Of a stretch of 64,000 bases of DNA, positions 11,939-26,055 are shown piece by piece. How positions within the stretch are numbered: position 1 is the first letter of the stretch; each line of letters starts with the position of its first letter. The position numbers and the translations under genes were made by a program. The notes beneath the pieces are model-generated. The model was not told the origin of the DNA and did not search any database. It saw nothing but the letters and a program-made list of their open reading frames with translations. Source of the stretch: Guillardia theta CCMP2712 (lineage: Eukaryota > Protista > Cryptophyta); NCBI RefSeq assembly GCF_000315625.1, contig NW_005434650.1, positions 162,158 to 226,157 of the forward strand, in the 5' to 3' direction.

Positions 11939-14503
11939 CTCATCGCAAGAAGCAGCAGCAGAGGGTTGCGACCTTGAGAGCAATCGACTTGTTCGCCCAT
12001 CGCTCCATGTACCTGCTCCTCCTGTTACACCAGCAGCCACACGCTCCTGCAACCTCTTCCAGATGAGCCGCTTGCACTCCCAGTCCTTCCCCGCACCGTC
12101 AGCAGCTAGCAGGGCAAGAGAAGCAGCGTCACCTTGGCGAGCTTCAGCGCTGTCATGCCGGTCATGTCCTTGACGGTGAAGTCAGCTTCGAACGTGACCC
12201 CAAGGTTGGGGTCGCGACATCGCGTGTAGAGAAGCGTCTGCTGGCTGCATCAGCTCGAGAGGCTTGCGGACAAGATGATTTCCTCCAGCGCGCTGCTCGC
12301 CCCCACCATGGCAGCGATGTGAACGGGAGTGCGAAAGTAACTATCCTTGAAGTTGGAGTCTGCGAAGCTGGGGAGATGAGGGAGAGGAGAAGGAGAGGAG
12401 AGGGAAAGGAGAGGGAGAGGAGAGGAGAGGGGGAGGAGAGGAGAGGGAGAGGAGAGGAGAGGGAGAGGAGAGGAGAGGGAGAGGAGAGGAGAGGGAGAGG
12501 AGAGGAGAGGAGAGGGAGAGGAATCAATTGAGTCGAGTTCAGCAGAAAAGATACTTTTCGATCAGGAGCTTGCAGCAGGGAGCTGAGCCAGCCTTCGCAG
12601 CGTAGTGGAGAGGAGTCTGATCTCCATCCACCTGATTTCGGTTGAGAAGCGTGCGAGGATAAGTCAAGGGTGAGGAAACGGAGCTATCTAGCTTCACCTC
12701 TCCATATGCAGCGATTTTCTTGTTCACCACTAGCTGATTCCTGTCAGGCAGGGAGGGAGGGCTCTGTCAGACTCAGGCAAATCCGAACAAGGATGAAAGG
12801 TGGATCAAAGAAGGATGAAAGAAGGATCAAAGAAGGATCAAAGAAGGATCAAAGAAGGATCAAAGAAGGATCAAAGAAGGATGAAAGAAGGATGAAAGAA
12901 GGATCAAAGAAGGATCAAAGAAGGATCAAAGAAGGATGAAAGAAGGATGAAAGAAGGATGAAAGAAGGATCAAAGAAGGATCAAAGAAGGATCAAAGAAG
13001 GATCAAAGAAGGATCAAAGAAGGATCAAAGAAGGATCGCTGCAAGTACTTTGAGTCCATTGAGATGTCCTGACTCGGCGTGCTGAAGTTGGGGTTCGCTC
13101 CAGCCTTGAGCAGTACCAACACGCCCTGCTCGATCCCCGCCAGAGCCGCGCAGTGCAGAGCTGTCTCTCCTGCCCGCGACATTCTTTGCACGTCAGCGCT
13201 GTACATAAGGAGGGATTCGATGATGTCGCTGTGGCCAGCCTTGGCCGCGAGGAGGAGTGCGCTGTTCCCTGACCCAGTCTTCATCTCCACGTCCGCCGGC
13301 TCTTCGTCGTTGGTCCCGCTCAGGAGGACGCGCAGGAGCTTGAGGTTTCCGTCCATGCAGCAGAACAGCAGTGGCTCCGTATCCCACGTGCACACACAGT
13401 CGTCGCCAGTGGTGTAGAGAGTCTTGTCGTGAAGCTGCAAGCACGTGATCACGCTCGAGTGGCCCCCCAGCACTCGCTCCCTCTGCCCGGTCTTGACGTT
13501 GAATTGCACCGACACCATGCCCGTCCCCGCGTACACCCGTCCGTCCTCCCCCCACAGCGCCTTCACAGCTCCAGTATGGCACGTGAAAGAGCGAATGCCC
13601 TCCCCACTCTCCGAGTCGCAATGCAGGATTGTTGATCCTGCCCCCACAAACAGTTGCCCGTCGGTCTGCACGAACATGGCGTAGAGCGGCTGTGTGTCGA
13701 AGCGGAGGACGCGCTTGCAGGAGCCTGTCTGAGGCTCCCAGACCCTCACGGTCTTGTCGGCAGAGCAGGTGAACAACTCGGCAGGAAGCTCGACGAGCTC
13801 GTGGATGGAAGCTTTCTCAGACTTCTTTCTGAGCTGCATGCCTGTGATGTTGTCCTTGTGGTCGTGCGAGTCCCATGCCATCTCGCCATCTTTGATTCGC
13901 CATGCTCTCAGCACCTTGTCTGACGTGACCGTGAAGAACAGATGCTCGCATACCTCCACCAGCAGCACTATCCCTGCCCGAAACCTCGGGTTCTCATCGC
14001 CATACTCCAGCTCGTACTCTTTCACACACTGCCCCGTCGCCACGTCCCATCGCCGGACTGTCCCATCGTAAGATCCCGTGTACATGAACCATCGGCTGTG
14101 TCCCTTGATCCCCTTGGCCTCCTCGGCCTCCTCCGTCTCAACCGCTACCCTGAGGGAGAACACGAATGACCTGTGCCCTCGATATACAAACAGACACTCT
14201 CCCGTTTCAGCATTGAAGCATCGAGCCGTGTGATCGTATCCTCCTGTGAAGATGTATGTAGTCTTGAGGTTCTCTCCCTATCACCATCCATGCCTATCAC
14301 AACAGGATCCCGCACAAGCTGCCATCTTACCGCATCAGTGGCGTCGTCAATCACTTGCATACAGTTGATGCTGTTGACATGCCCGCGGTACCGTGCGACC
14401 TGTACTCGACTACAGTAAGCCAACATGCTCCCCTCCTCCCTCCCCTCCCACCTCCTCTCCCCTCCATCCATCTTCTTACGTTGCTTTCGCTCGGTCCCGA
14501 CAT
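11939..14503 (-). CDS. WD40-repeat plus ankyrin-repeat protein
   Basis: WD motifs: TGSYDGTVRRWD, TCSADKTVRVWE, GGHSSVITCL. Ankyrin motifs: GNSALLLAAKAGH, GETALHCAALAG, DQTPLHYAAKAG. Confidence 0.85.
12377..12522. repeat. Homopurine GA-rich intronic microsatellite
   Basis: Purely A/G run of gagag/ggaga units. Confidence 0.85.
12790..13037. repeat. 11-bp minisatellite (GGATCAAAGAA/GGATGAAAGAA), ~22 copies, intronic
   Basis: Directly visible 11-bp period. Confidence 0.95.
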
Positions 14504-14800
14504 GGTCTCATCTCAGCATCTCAACTACCCACCCGTGAATCACCCACCTTTTGGGTATACTACACTACCCCCATGTTTCCCATGTAGTACCCCTGGTCTT
14601 CAAGTAGTAAACTTTCACTACCCGTCCTCGCCCGCTACGCCTCCCCACCCACCCCAACCCCACAAAAACTTGCCTGCTCCTCGTTGTTCCCCTTCCTCCG
14701 AGCTTCGCACTCCTCCTCCCCCCTTCCCCCTCCCTCCCCCCTCGCTCGCTCATCCTCTTCCTACTCTTCCCATCTCCCGCGACTCCGACGACAGCTGACC

Positions 14801-17760
14801 ATGGCACTCCGTCATCCAGCTCCCGCCTCCTCCCTCGACGCCTCCTTCCTCAGCCGGATCGCTTCCCTCAAGTTGCATGACCTCCGTCTGTCGCTCCGTC
14901 CGCTCCCCTTCACTGCCTCCTTCTGCCTCCCTCATCGAGTCCCTCAAGGATCTTCTTCCTCTCCGTCCCAGCCGTCACAAGAGCGACTGGTCGTGGCTGC
15001 CGACGCGCTCGACTTGGACGCGTCAGCAATCAAGAGGGCAGTTCTGACGACAGGCGAGGTAACTATCTTCAACACGATCGAGAGTTTCAAGGAGTTGGAC
15101 AAGAAGCAGTTCTTGCACAACATCGCAACGGAGATGTGCAGGCAGATCGACTCAGGTGACTTGCCTGAAGAGACCTTGTGAGCTGTCGCCATGACTGAAG
15201 TTTGTGCTCAGGGGAAGTCGAGGAGAACCCCTCGCTCCTGGTTCGCTGCGACGTCATTGTCTTCTCGGACCTGAAGGACTACAAGCACTACTACTGGTTC
15301 GCCTTCCCTGCCCTCTGCTTCCCGGACCCTCCCACCTTGTCGGACAGCATTCTGAGCATGGAGGACGTCATGAGTTCGGACATGATCCACCAGCTGCATA
15401 TCGGCTACAATGGGTTGCTGGAAAGCAGCGGGAATGGTATCCCCCCGTTCTTCATCGTCGTTGAAGACAAGGACGCAAACACTGTGTCGGTGAAGCCTCT
15501 CAGCCATTATCCCGCTTGCGCTCAGAGCGGCAAACAAGTCCTCTTCGGCTTTGTCGATCACTCGCCACTACAGTCGAACCCTGGCTGGCCTCTACGTAAC
15601 TCTGCGATGCCACGGTTCCTCGCCCTTGACTCATAGGCGCGTGCAGGAAACCTCCTTTACTTCCTCAACCGCCGCTGGAGTCTGAGCGATGTGACTGTCC
15701 TGTGCTATCGCGACTTCTCCGAGAACATGCAGAGGGAGGTGGAACATGTGCACTCTTGCTGGTCGGGCCCTTGACGCACTGGCAGGCGTGCTCCAGCATT
15801 GTGTTGAGAGTCAAGCTGAGTGGCATTCTCGACAAGGCCGGAGAGCCGATAGTGACAGGGTGAAAGAGACTCTCTCGTCGTTGAAGCGATGTGAAGTGAC
15901 AGTGACTGGCCGGCTGCTCAATCAGGTGGGAGCTCAACCAGAAAGGCAAACTCGGGCCACGGTGTGCAGATTTAGCTCCTTTCATGGATCCGAAGCGAAG
16001 GTAGGATATGGTTCCTTTGGCTCCTCTTTGAGAGGTCCGTCCAGGGCAATCGAGTCAGCAGACCTGAACCTGAAGCTGATGCGATGGCGGTTCTTGCCAA
16101 ATCTCGACACTGAGAGCTTGAGTCATGTAATAATGATAATGAGGAAGAGAGGAGGGAGGAGAGGAGAGGGAGGAGGCGGAGATTTCAAGGGAGGCAGGCT
16201 AGAAGGAGAGGGTGGTTGTTCCATCTGGTGAGACACTTTCAGAAACGCTGCCTCCTCCTCGGCGCAGGCACGCTTGGTTGTAACGTGGCACGATCTTTGA
16301 CATCTTGGGGTTTCCGAAAGATCACATTCGTTGACTATGGGAAGGTGAGAGGAGAGGCTGAAGGAACAGGTTTCACAATACTTTTCTTCAGGTGTCCTAC
16401 AGCAATCCAACTCGTCAGTGGCTCTTCGAATTTGAGGACTGTGTAGATCCCGATAACCGCAATGAGGGACGACCCAAAGCAAAGGTTCCTCCTCCCTCAG
16501 TCTCCTCCTCTCCTGCTTGCCCAGCCTCTCCTAGCGCCTCCCTGTGTCTTGTGTCTCGCTGACGTGAGCTCTCACTCTCTCGCTCTGACGTGAGCTTGCA
16601 GGCTGCGGCTGATCGCCTGTCAAGGATCGTACCGAACATGGAGGTTTTCGGTCTGGTGGAGGAGCAGTGAGTCACGAAAAGTCTGCAGGCTGAAGGATTC
16701 GAGCTCAGCATCCCCATGCCTGGACACCCAGTCGCCGAGGAACTGCAGGGCAAGGTGCTCGCAGATGTCGCAAAGCTCGCCGATCTCATCCAGCACGCTG
16801 ATCTGATCTTCCTCCTCACCGACACTCGCGAGAGCCGCTGGCTCCCCACGCTCCTCTGCGCATGCAAATCGAAGGTGAGCGCTGCTGGGCCTCTGGTGGG
16901 ACGTGCCCCCTCTCATTCTTGTGCTCGCAGCCCTGCATCAACGTCGCTCTTGGCTTCGACACGTTTGTCGTAATGCGACATGGAGTTCCTGACCCTGCAA
17001 ACGCCACCGACCCCCAGCAGATCCCATCCTGTAACCTCGGGTGAAACTCGAACTTGTCTCCCTGCTGCGTCTTCCTCCTCTTGTTCTCTCTACCCTCCTT
17101 CTCTCTTACAGCAACCCAGCTGCTACTTCTGCAACGACGTCGTCGCTCCTATGAACTCGACTCGCAACCGCACATTGGACCAGCAGGTGGGATTTTTCTT
17201 CGTTTTCTTCGTCGTTCTCATTGTTCTCTAGTGCACCGCGACACGTCCTGGTCTTTCCCCGATCGCCTCGTCTATTGCCGTTGAGATCGCCGTCTCCCTC
17301 CTCCATCATCCCAAAGGCTGCCTGGCTCAAGCAGACACGGAGGTAGAGGAAGCAGCGCTGGCCGGGTTAACAAGTCATGGCAGGAGGAGCAAGAGGGGAC
17401 AGACTTGGGCATCCTCCCGCATCAAATCAGAGGCTTCCTCTCCTCCTTCTCCAACGTCGTCGTGCAAGGCAGGCCCTTCAAACATTGCACTGCATGCTCA
17501 GCTGTGGTGGGAGGAGGGAGGAGGGATGTGTGGGAGTGCGTGACGGCCGGGCAGATTTTGAATCAGTACGCTACGAGAGGAAACGAGTTTCTGCTCAGGG
17601 CTTTCAACGAGCCCAACTTCCTCGAGGTGAGGAGCGTTGGCGCCTTGTGCTCATCTCATGGAGAGAACAGGAGGCGTCGGGGCTCACGGACATGCTGCGG
17701 GAGGGTGAGGCGCTCATGGAGGACTGGGAAGATGACGAGGTAGAAGAGTTAGAGCCGTGA
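14801..17760 (+). CDS. ATG7: Autophagy E1-like enzyme Atg7
   Basis: [82 protein letters not shown], and catalytic RTLDQQ|CTATRPG. Confidence 0.97.
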
Positions 17761-17794
17761 AGTCATCAGCACTAGATGGTTGTATTGTACTCCT

Positions 17795-18631
17795 TCACTC
17801 CCACCAGATTGCCAACCCCAACCCATCATCTTTGATCGACGCCATGACCTGAAACGCTGGCTCGTCCTCCTGCTCCTGCTCCTGTCCAGTACGAGCAGGG
17901 GTATTCTTTCGATCCACAAATCGCTTTCCTGCCTGCTGAACCAGCGTCGGATCGGCGTTGGCGGCTGGAGGGGCCTTGGACGGCCTCTTGACAGGACGAA
18001 AGATTGTGTTGGTCACCCGGAAGCGGACGGGGCTGCCAAAGGCTGGATCCAACATGGCGTCGCCGTGCTCGCTCTTCCATACCCACAGCTGGTGCTCTTC
18101 ATCCCACTCCGAGCCATCCTGGCACCTGACGTGAGGAAACTGGGAAAGCAGACGAGGGAAAGGAGGAAAACATGCAGAATCAGGAGGAGGAGCAGCACAC
18201 ACAGAGGAGCACGAGCAGCAGGAAGATGTGGAAAGACACCTGCATGAAGTGCGGCGGCACGAAGATGTCCTGGAAGAAACCAAGGCTGATCCACAAGCCT
18301 TCTGGGGTGCTCCTGTGAATGCTGCCCGTGATCACTTCGCCGATGAAAGGGCGAAACACAACCAGCCTGTGCACAAGTCAGGCCGACAGGTCAGGATCCC
18401 TAGGAGCCCTCACGAGAAGGTGACGCGGACGTGGACAGCGGAGTCAGAGGGATAGATCAAGCCCTCCCCGAGCTCTTCGATCTCATACAAGCACACGCAC
18501 AACCCTGTACCCAAGAGAACCCGGTTGCTGTACTTCTTTTCTATCTGATTGCTCACTGCCAGTGACCGCGGCTTGCTCAACTCGGATGCCGGGATAGGAA
18601 CAGCGTCCTTCATCTTGACGAGAACGAACAT
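17795..18631 (-). CDS. RPC25: RNA polymerase III subunit RPC25/RPC8
   Basis: MFVLVKMKDAVPIP...KKYSNRVLLGTGLCVCLY, LVVFRPFIGEVITG, ISLGFFQDIFVP, and C-terminus DDGLGLAIWW. Confidence 0.93.
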
Positions 18632-19426
18632 CTTCTAGTCGATGCTGTCTCGACTCACTCTCTCCGTCTTCTCTTCCTGTATCAAATTTTCCTTCACTTC
18701 ATCCCAATCAGCCCCTGCACGTTCTTCAGTGCTCTCCCTCACCCCACACCGCCCTGATCGCTCTCTCCCTCTAGTCCCTGTTCTCCCCCCCCAACTTTCC
18801 CTCAGCTGACCCTCTCTCCCTCCTCCCCCCTCCTCTCTCCCGCCCCCTCCCTCGCCTCCTCCCTTACCTTCATTCCTTGCGCATGTGCTGTTCTGTACAA
18901 GGAACATTCAAAAATCCCTTCCACCACCCGAAAATGCGAAGTTCCTGACACGGAACAAATTGAATTCGAAGATGGAGAAGCGATTGACGGGGGGGAGGAG
19001 GTGATAGAAGGAGAGGGAGAGGAGGGGAGGAGAAGAGATACAGAGTATCGGGAACAACGAGATGAGACAAGACGAGATGAGGAGGGGAAAGGTAGCTATG
19101 AAGCGGCAACGATATCACATAGAAGCTTTCAAGGAACGGCGGTAGCAGCATTTCTAGGACTGCCAGTAGGTTGAGAGGGTAAGTAGAGCAGAAGTTTTCA
19201 GGCGGATCAGATTCGGGGTAACTAAAGGAAGGATACGTTGGAAGGGATTATTGAAATGACTGCAGGATTGATTCAGTGGGGCCTCAGTCTCACCATGTCG
19301 ACATCTTCATCCAGACGATCGCAATCCTCACTGCATCGCAAGGGCAGAAGGAGAATAAAACCCGGTGAAACCTGACGGTCATGAGGAACCTTTCAATCTG
19401 AAACTCGATGGCCAGCAGGAACTAGA

Positions 19427-21208
19427 ATGTCACAACTAAGATTCGAAGACGTCTCGGAGCGCCAGCGCAAACCGATCCACGAGTACCATGACGATTTGTC
19501 CGATGAAAGCAGCGGCGAGACACGTCACCCGCATCTCGTGGCCACTGCGCTGGAGATCTCGAGCTCGAGCTCGAGCTCTAACAGCAGAGAGTGCTGGGAC
19601 GAAGAGACAGAGGAGTATGCGAGAGTCTCTTACTCCAGCTTCCTCTTGCTGCAACAAGAACTCTCGACGATCAAAGACAATCACAACGGATTGCGACAGT
19701 CAGCAGAAAAGTGGAAAAGAGAGGCAGAAAGGCTGCTAAACATAGGAGAAGATATGAAGAGTGTGATCATGAGCAAGGAGCACGAATTGGAACATGTTCA
19801 ATCCAACATGCAGCGATCTTTGTTGGAAGAGAAGAGTCTGAAAAGACAAGTGAAAGCACTAAAGATCAAGAATCTGAACCTCAGAAATTCCATCGAGAAC
19901 CTGGAGACTCAAATGAAGAGATTGAAAAATGTCGGTGAACATCCTGCAGCTTGCTTTTCCTGACTTCCCTTAGGAATGCCAAACATCGGAAGAGAAGTCG
20001 TCCTATCTCGAAGAATATATCAAGCGGTTGAAAGAGGTAACATTGAGATTGCTGTAAACTTCTTGTTGATGCTAAATCTGTCATCATTCGTTGATTTGAT
20101 TGAAGGAATCAAGAAAAGTGCTGGAGAAGAACGAGTCGTTGCATTTCAAGTTGAAAGAGTGCAAAGTGCAACTGCTGGCAGAGCGAGAGGTTTGAAATCG
20201 CACGACGAATGTTGAGAAGTGAAATCTTGTAAGGTGATCAAGCAGCTTCATTCCGACAAGATGAATTCAGAAAGGTCAAGATGTCATGAGCTCGATGTCA
20301 TTTCCTCAGACAGAGTCAACGCTCAGCCAATCCTTGTGCCTAGTTTGATGAAAGACGCTGCCTGTCAGTCGGATCAGACATGTCAGAACTGCACAAGCGC
20401 GTGAGCCTGGTATCTTCTCCGTTCGTCTCTTCTCACAGATGGTCAGGCATGCTGCATCGCTTGCTCAACGACAACTCACGTGGGAGCTTGAAGAGTCAGT
20501 GAGGCAGGCTCTCAAGATGCAGCTGATGGACATTGCGAGTATCCAACAAGACCTTAAGGTCCGCATGCTCAATGCAGCAGCTGTTGAATCATTTCCTGTT
20601 TGCAGAAATTTCCTATCAAGACTGTCAAGTTCGAGCCGAGCGTGAGCCAAAGCCGGCATGACGAGCCTTATCTTGTTCAGGTGGACGACACGAGCAGACG
20701 AGTCGCAAACCTCGAGCGGCAGCTCGCCACCGCCAAGGAAGCTCTTCGCTTGTGCCAGCACGAGCTCGAAGCGACCCAAGACGAGCTGGCTGCATCGCAG
20801 AAGCTCATCAAAGAGGCGGAGGACAAGCTGGGAAGTTCGCAAGCAAGCGCAAGCGTGAGATCGCTGGAGCTGAGCCGGCAGCTCATGGCAGAGCTTGTGG
20901 ACAAGGAGCGGAAGATGGTTGAGCTGGAGGAGCAATGCTTGCAGCTCAAGGGCGAGCTGTCCGTAAGAGATCGCCTACCCGACGTGCAGGCGAACAAGAA
21001 GCTCACGGGGTCAGAGCAGACAATTGAGTTGCTCACTGCGATCATAACAGGTGTAGAAGAGACAAAACGTGACCTGGAGTATGCAAGGCGAGAAAACATT
21101 CTCTTCGGAGCTCTGTTCGACACAGAGTTATCAAGTTACCATGACAAAGCATCGTTTCAAAATAGCAAATTCGTTGGTCCTTGCAATTGTATTAAAAATG
21201 TCATTTAA
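19427..21208 (+). CDS. Uncharacterised coiled-coil protein, multi-exon
   Basis: Heptad-rich ORFs 19427-19963 and 20600-21208 with intervening short exons. Confidence 0.55.
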
Positions 21209-21253
21209 CTCTGCTGTGGCAAGTTGCTTTCTGGTTGATCGAAGGGTTGGTCC

Positions 21254-23253
21254 TCAACATGTAACTGCCTGCATATCATCATCCTGAGAATCCATCAGAA
21301 TCTCTTCGTCTTGGATCATCAAACGCTTCATCTCGTGAATTGGTTCTTGATCTATGCGGTGTGAAATCAAATCATCCGGCATCCCAGGTTCTGGGTGAAT
21401 AGCGAAATCAGATTTTGACACGTGATCTGTTATCTGTTGTTCCATCTCCTTGTCGCAAGCTTCTTTTGCGTTCTCGGCATTGTTCCTTCTATTTACTGCT
21501 ATCGTACTGCTCGCACTGATCAGATCGTCGCTCGTCTCATCTGGCTGTCTCTCTCGACAGCTTTCCTCCAGCTCGTCTGCAGTTGAAAGTCGTCAGAGAC
21601 TCGCTCAATCTCTTCAGCCATCACCATCATCAAACGTGCTTGTCTGCTCGGATGGGACGGTCACAGTCTCCGGACCATCTTCCTTTCCTTGCCTTTCAAG
21701 GTTCGCCAGCTGGTCCAATAGGGTCAACTTGGATCATCAATGCAAAATCAACATACATGTCCAACATCGTTGGTGACTTTGAGAGAAAATTGAGCTTGTG
21801 ATGGGTGATAACATTTTGAGACAGCGAGAACAAAGATGGAACAATTCTTGGCACTGTTTGTGACACCCCCCACTGCTGAACTCAGGAACTCGCTGATGAA
21901 ACCTCCATGAGTTACGATTAGAATTCGTTTCACTCTGTCATCGCTCACAGCCACCAAACGTTCAGAATTCGTGAAGTTTTGTTCGAATGAGCTTCTTGGA
22001 CTGGAGGCATATCCCCGATGAATCATCGGCCCATAGTTACTGAAACTGGGCAAAGCATACTTGTGCAAAAGTTCCTTCATGAAGGATCTTGCTCGAAATC
22101 GTACATCTTCCCAATTTTCTCCTCCTGGAGGTCTAAATTTTCTGTGAGGCATTCCCGAGATTCTTGTCATGTGCTCAATGTAACCAATCTGATATCCTTC
22201 ATACTGCCCTGCAGCCTTTTCTCGCAACCTGCTATCGGTGAAGGCAGGAATTCCGGGGGGCAAGGCTCGTAAAATGAAATCGGCTGTTTGCTTTGTTCTG
22301 TTTAAATCGCTCAGATACACAGCGGTAAATTCGATTTCTTTCAATCGTTCAGCAACAAGTTGTGCTTGTTTACAACCGTTGGGTGTAAGCCCAGAAGAGT
22401 TCTGACCTGCGATGGTTCTGCTCTTGTTCTCAGGGGTCTCTCCATGTCTGACCAGGTACAACTCGAGCGAAGCACCTGGTGGGTACATGCTCGGCACAGC
22501 TTCCGGTGAGGGCATCGATCCTTGCATTGGAGAGGCTCTTGACGAGCGTACGCCGAACTCTTTGGCTGAAATCACTGGAGAGCTCGTGGGGCTTGCTGTG
22601 TTGTGCTTTGGGCTTTTAGTTGGACTGAACTTGGCAGGAATACTGAGGTCAAGAGCTTTCTTCACAAACGATTCGTGGCTCGTGTCCACAGGAGCCTTCT
22701 TTGGGAATTGAACACTCGTGAAAGTTTGTCTCGATGCGTACATGTCTCGATAGTCTTGCGAATGCTGCTGAGAATAGAGTTGCCACTGCATTGGTCGGAC
22801 TTGAGGAGCTTGCGAGATCGAAGCGTGTAGATTCGTTGGCTGCATCAGATTCTTCCCCGAAGCAAGAACCGAAGGTCCGATTCCGAAGCTGTAACTCCAT
22901 GCCTGCTGTTGTTGAGCCAGATGCTGACCTGTGCTTCCCATTGAACTGTACATCCCTTCACGCACCTGTCCTCCGACATCCCTTGGCAACTCTCGGACCA
23001 CTGTACCTCTTCCATTCCCACCTACTGCTACTCCTCCTCTTCCTCCCACTCCTGCACCTACTGCCACGACTCTTCCTCCCACCCCTGCCGTTCCTCCCCT
23101 TCCCCCTACTCCTGCAACTCCTACTCCACCTCCTATTCCACCCCCTATTCCTCCCAAAACTATACCTCCCATTCCTCCTCCTCCTCCTCCTCCTCCTCCT
23201 CCCATTCCCCCTCCTCTTTCCCCGCTCCCTACCCGTGCATGGCTCGCATGCAT
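21254..23253 (-). CDS. Histidine phosphatase (phosphoglycerate mutase/TIGAR-like) with Gly-rich N-terminus
   Basis: LYLVRHGET, VYLSDLNRTKQTA, LRE, PPGGENWEDV, ILIVTHGG. Confidence 0.88.
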
Positions 23254-23646
23254 GACAGCTGAACGGTGAAAGAGGAACTTGAACTTTTAGTTGAATAACT
23301 AAAAAATATTAATATGCAATATGAGTACAACTGCCACTACCGTTAAACATCGGTGTACCAAAATAGATAATCCCAAATATATTGTAAATGAAGTTACTCA
23401 TAGCTCATGTTAAAATAAGTTTTAAAGCTGTGCCATTGCTTCAATTCGAAGGGTCGTCATGTTGTACCAGGACGAGGGGGTGGGGTGGGGGTGGCTTGGG
23501 GGTGGGGGGGTAGATTACTGATAGAAGAAAAGAGGCGTGAGGTATCGAGCAGGGGTAGGAGGAAGGACAGACCAGGGGTGGGTTCAGGGAAGCAGCAGGG
23601 GTACCTTAGTAGGGGTACGGGAGGAGTTGCGAAGAGACGCGAGGCA

Positions 23647-25916
23647 ATGGGGAGGGTATCGGAGCCGCTGATGGGGCAAGACAAGGAGAATGAAAGGAAG
23701 GCCAAGAAGCAGGTGAGAAACACGAAGAAACAGTACTCCTCGCACTCGTCTATCTCTTCTCTCACTCGTCTTTTGCGCATCTCCCCAGATGTTGAGCCCA
23801 TGTTTCATTCACGCCTGGTCTTGACACCTTCGCAGACTCTGCCATTCATTTTTCTAGTGACGTCGCTTTTCCTTGTCGGGATTGCCTGTGCCTTCATGAT
23901 CAGTTGGGACCGATCATGGTCGGATAGAAGTATTGAAGTTTTACAGTCGTTCGATCCAGACAATCTCTACAAGGTAACCAGAATGCAATCTGGAAGCTTC
24001 CTGTGTTGATTTGTTACAGTACAACAAGATTGAAGATTATGATCATCCAAATCGCATCGACAAATACAACTGCTTGTTTTCTGGGTGTGATGAAAGCGAG
24101 GACAAAGGACTTGTAAGCAAAGGTAGAACCATATAGATTGCTTGAAATGTACTCGAACGACTTGATCAAGCTGAAGTGTTTTACAGTACAAAAGCTTTCC
24201 AAGGCGCTCACAAAGCTGATGAAGATGCAAGACAAGTTCAAGCAGCAGCTTGACAAGCCGACGAAGTCGATGATAGAAGTGGCGCAAGGAGAACCAGGAC
24301 GACGTGGTCCTCGTGGATATCGCGGTGCTGTGGGTCCACAAGGATATCCGGGCGACACCGGGCCACAAGGGAGAGCAGGCGTGATGGGCAACCCTGGACT
24401 TCCTGGAGGAATGGGCCCGAGAGGCCCCCGAGGTTTTCCCGGGGAAGCTGGAAGGCCTGGCAGGCAGGGAGTGCCGGGGATCGAGGGCCCTCCAGGCCCT
24501 AGAGGACGGCAAGGCAGGGAGGGACCCGGCGGAAAGACAGGGCCCCCAGGCTATCAAGGAGAGAACGGCCCTGCTGGTCAGCCAGGCCTGCGAGGGGCTC
24601 CAGGTGAGCAGCTTTGAGCCTGCTGGGCGATGAAGTGATGAATGCAAATGGCAGGTAGCAATGGCGTCTCCTTGCAAGGACCACCGGGACCCCGGGGAAT
24701 CCGTGGAGTGCGAGGGCCGACGGGTCAGGTTGGTCCTATCGGCAAGCGAGGTCAGCAAGGGCCTCCAGGTAGTCTTGGTGGTACTGGCAGCCAAGGCAAT
24801 ATCGGAGTTCAAGGTCTGGCTGGAAAAGATGCCAAGCAAGCACCAACCCCGCAGTGCACAGGGTTGCAAACCAATGACGGAGAATCGATTTGCTGTGGCC
24901 TGTCCCGCACATCATGGAGTTCGTATTATGATTCCTCTACAATGAGAATCGACACTTCAAGTTGCAAATTTACAGGAAATGTGAGATACTTCACTACACT
25001 TCAGGGTTCAAGTTATACAGAGAGACTCTTTGGCATTTCGAACATTTACGATCCAACTGCGACAGGATTTAGACTTTACTTGTACACTCAAACTGGTCAC
25101 ATCAGTCTCTGGGGTTGGTATGCAAACGCTTGGCGATATAAAGTACGTTGGTGTGGCGTGGGGAAGAGTAACGGTCCTCGAGTTCCAACGGGATGCTGCG
25201 GGACAGACTCAGCATATTGGTATAATGGATGGACTTGGGATAAGACACTAAACGCAAAGGCTTGCGACATCAGAGGTAGTAAAACCACCTGGATCACAGC
25301 GGTTGAAGGGTTCAGACAGTCTGGCATCCAAAAGCTAACTGGAATGAGCGCTGGAACAGTGAATGGTGCTAGTAGCTACTACGTCGCCATCTCACTGGCA
25401 TATTCTTCCAATTCGTATTGGGGCCAGCCTTGGAATGTGTACGGATGGAGCAATTGGCGACTGCGGAAAGGTCAATCTGACGCGCTTGAACCTCGTTTCT
25501 GCCTCTTTGGAGACTCATTCCCCACTGGGGACATGCGACTGCTTCAGCATGAGATCAGACAGGACGAGTTTCCATGTCAGGGAATGAGGTTGATAGAGGA
25601 GAATGTCGTCAAGACAAACAAGGCTCAGATCTGCTGTGGGACTTCCGACAGCACATGGAAGGTGATGAATGGCTACCTGATGAAGGACGTGGATACTACC
25701 TCTTGCAACTTCGATGATTCCAATGCCAAAGTCATCTACATGACCAGTCTTGGAGGGGACAACAACATTGAATTGGTAACAGGAGCAGCAGCTTATTCCA
25801 AGAGCAATAAGAATGGTTTTACTGTCCACCTTGCTTCTCTTTACAGTAATCAGCAAAATTATGCAAAGCGGTATAATTGGAAGATTGAGTGGTGTGGTAT
25901 TGGTGAGAGACGTTGA
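23647..25916 (+). CDS. Membrane-anchored collagen-like protein with three C-terminal Cys/Trp-rich domains
   Basis: N-terminal TM (LPFIFLVTSLFLVGIACAFMI), a short coiled coil, Gly-X-Y runs at 24288-24605 and 24678-24825, then three CCG...WCG-type repeats. Confidence 0.85.
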
Positions 25917-26055
25917 GAGCGTATGACATTGGAGGAAGAGAGGTAATACTTGGCAACGTACATGGTAGCTGGGTGTATAACTTTTCACGATACTATAGTA
26001 AAAGCAATGTGAAACCAGTCAGCGTAATCCCATCAAATGATGCAGATATTTTCAC

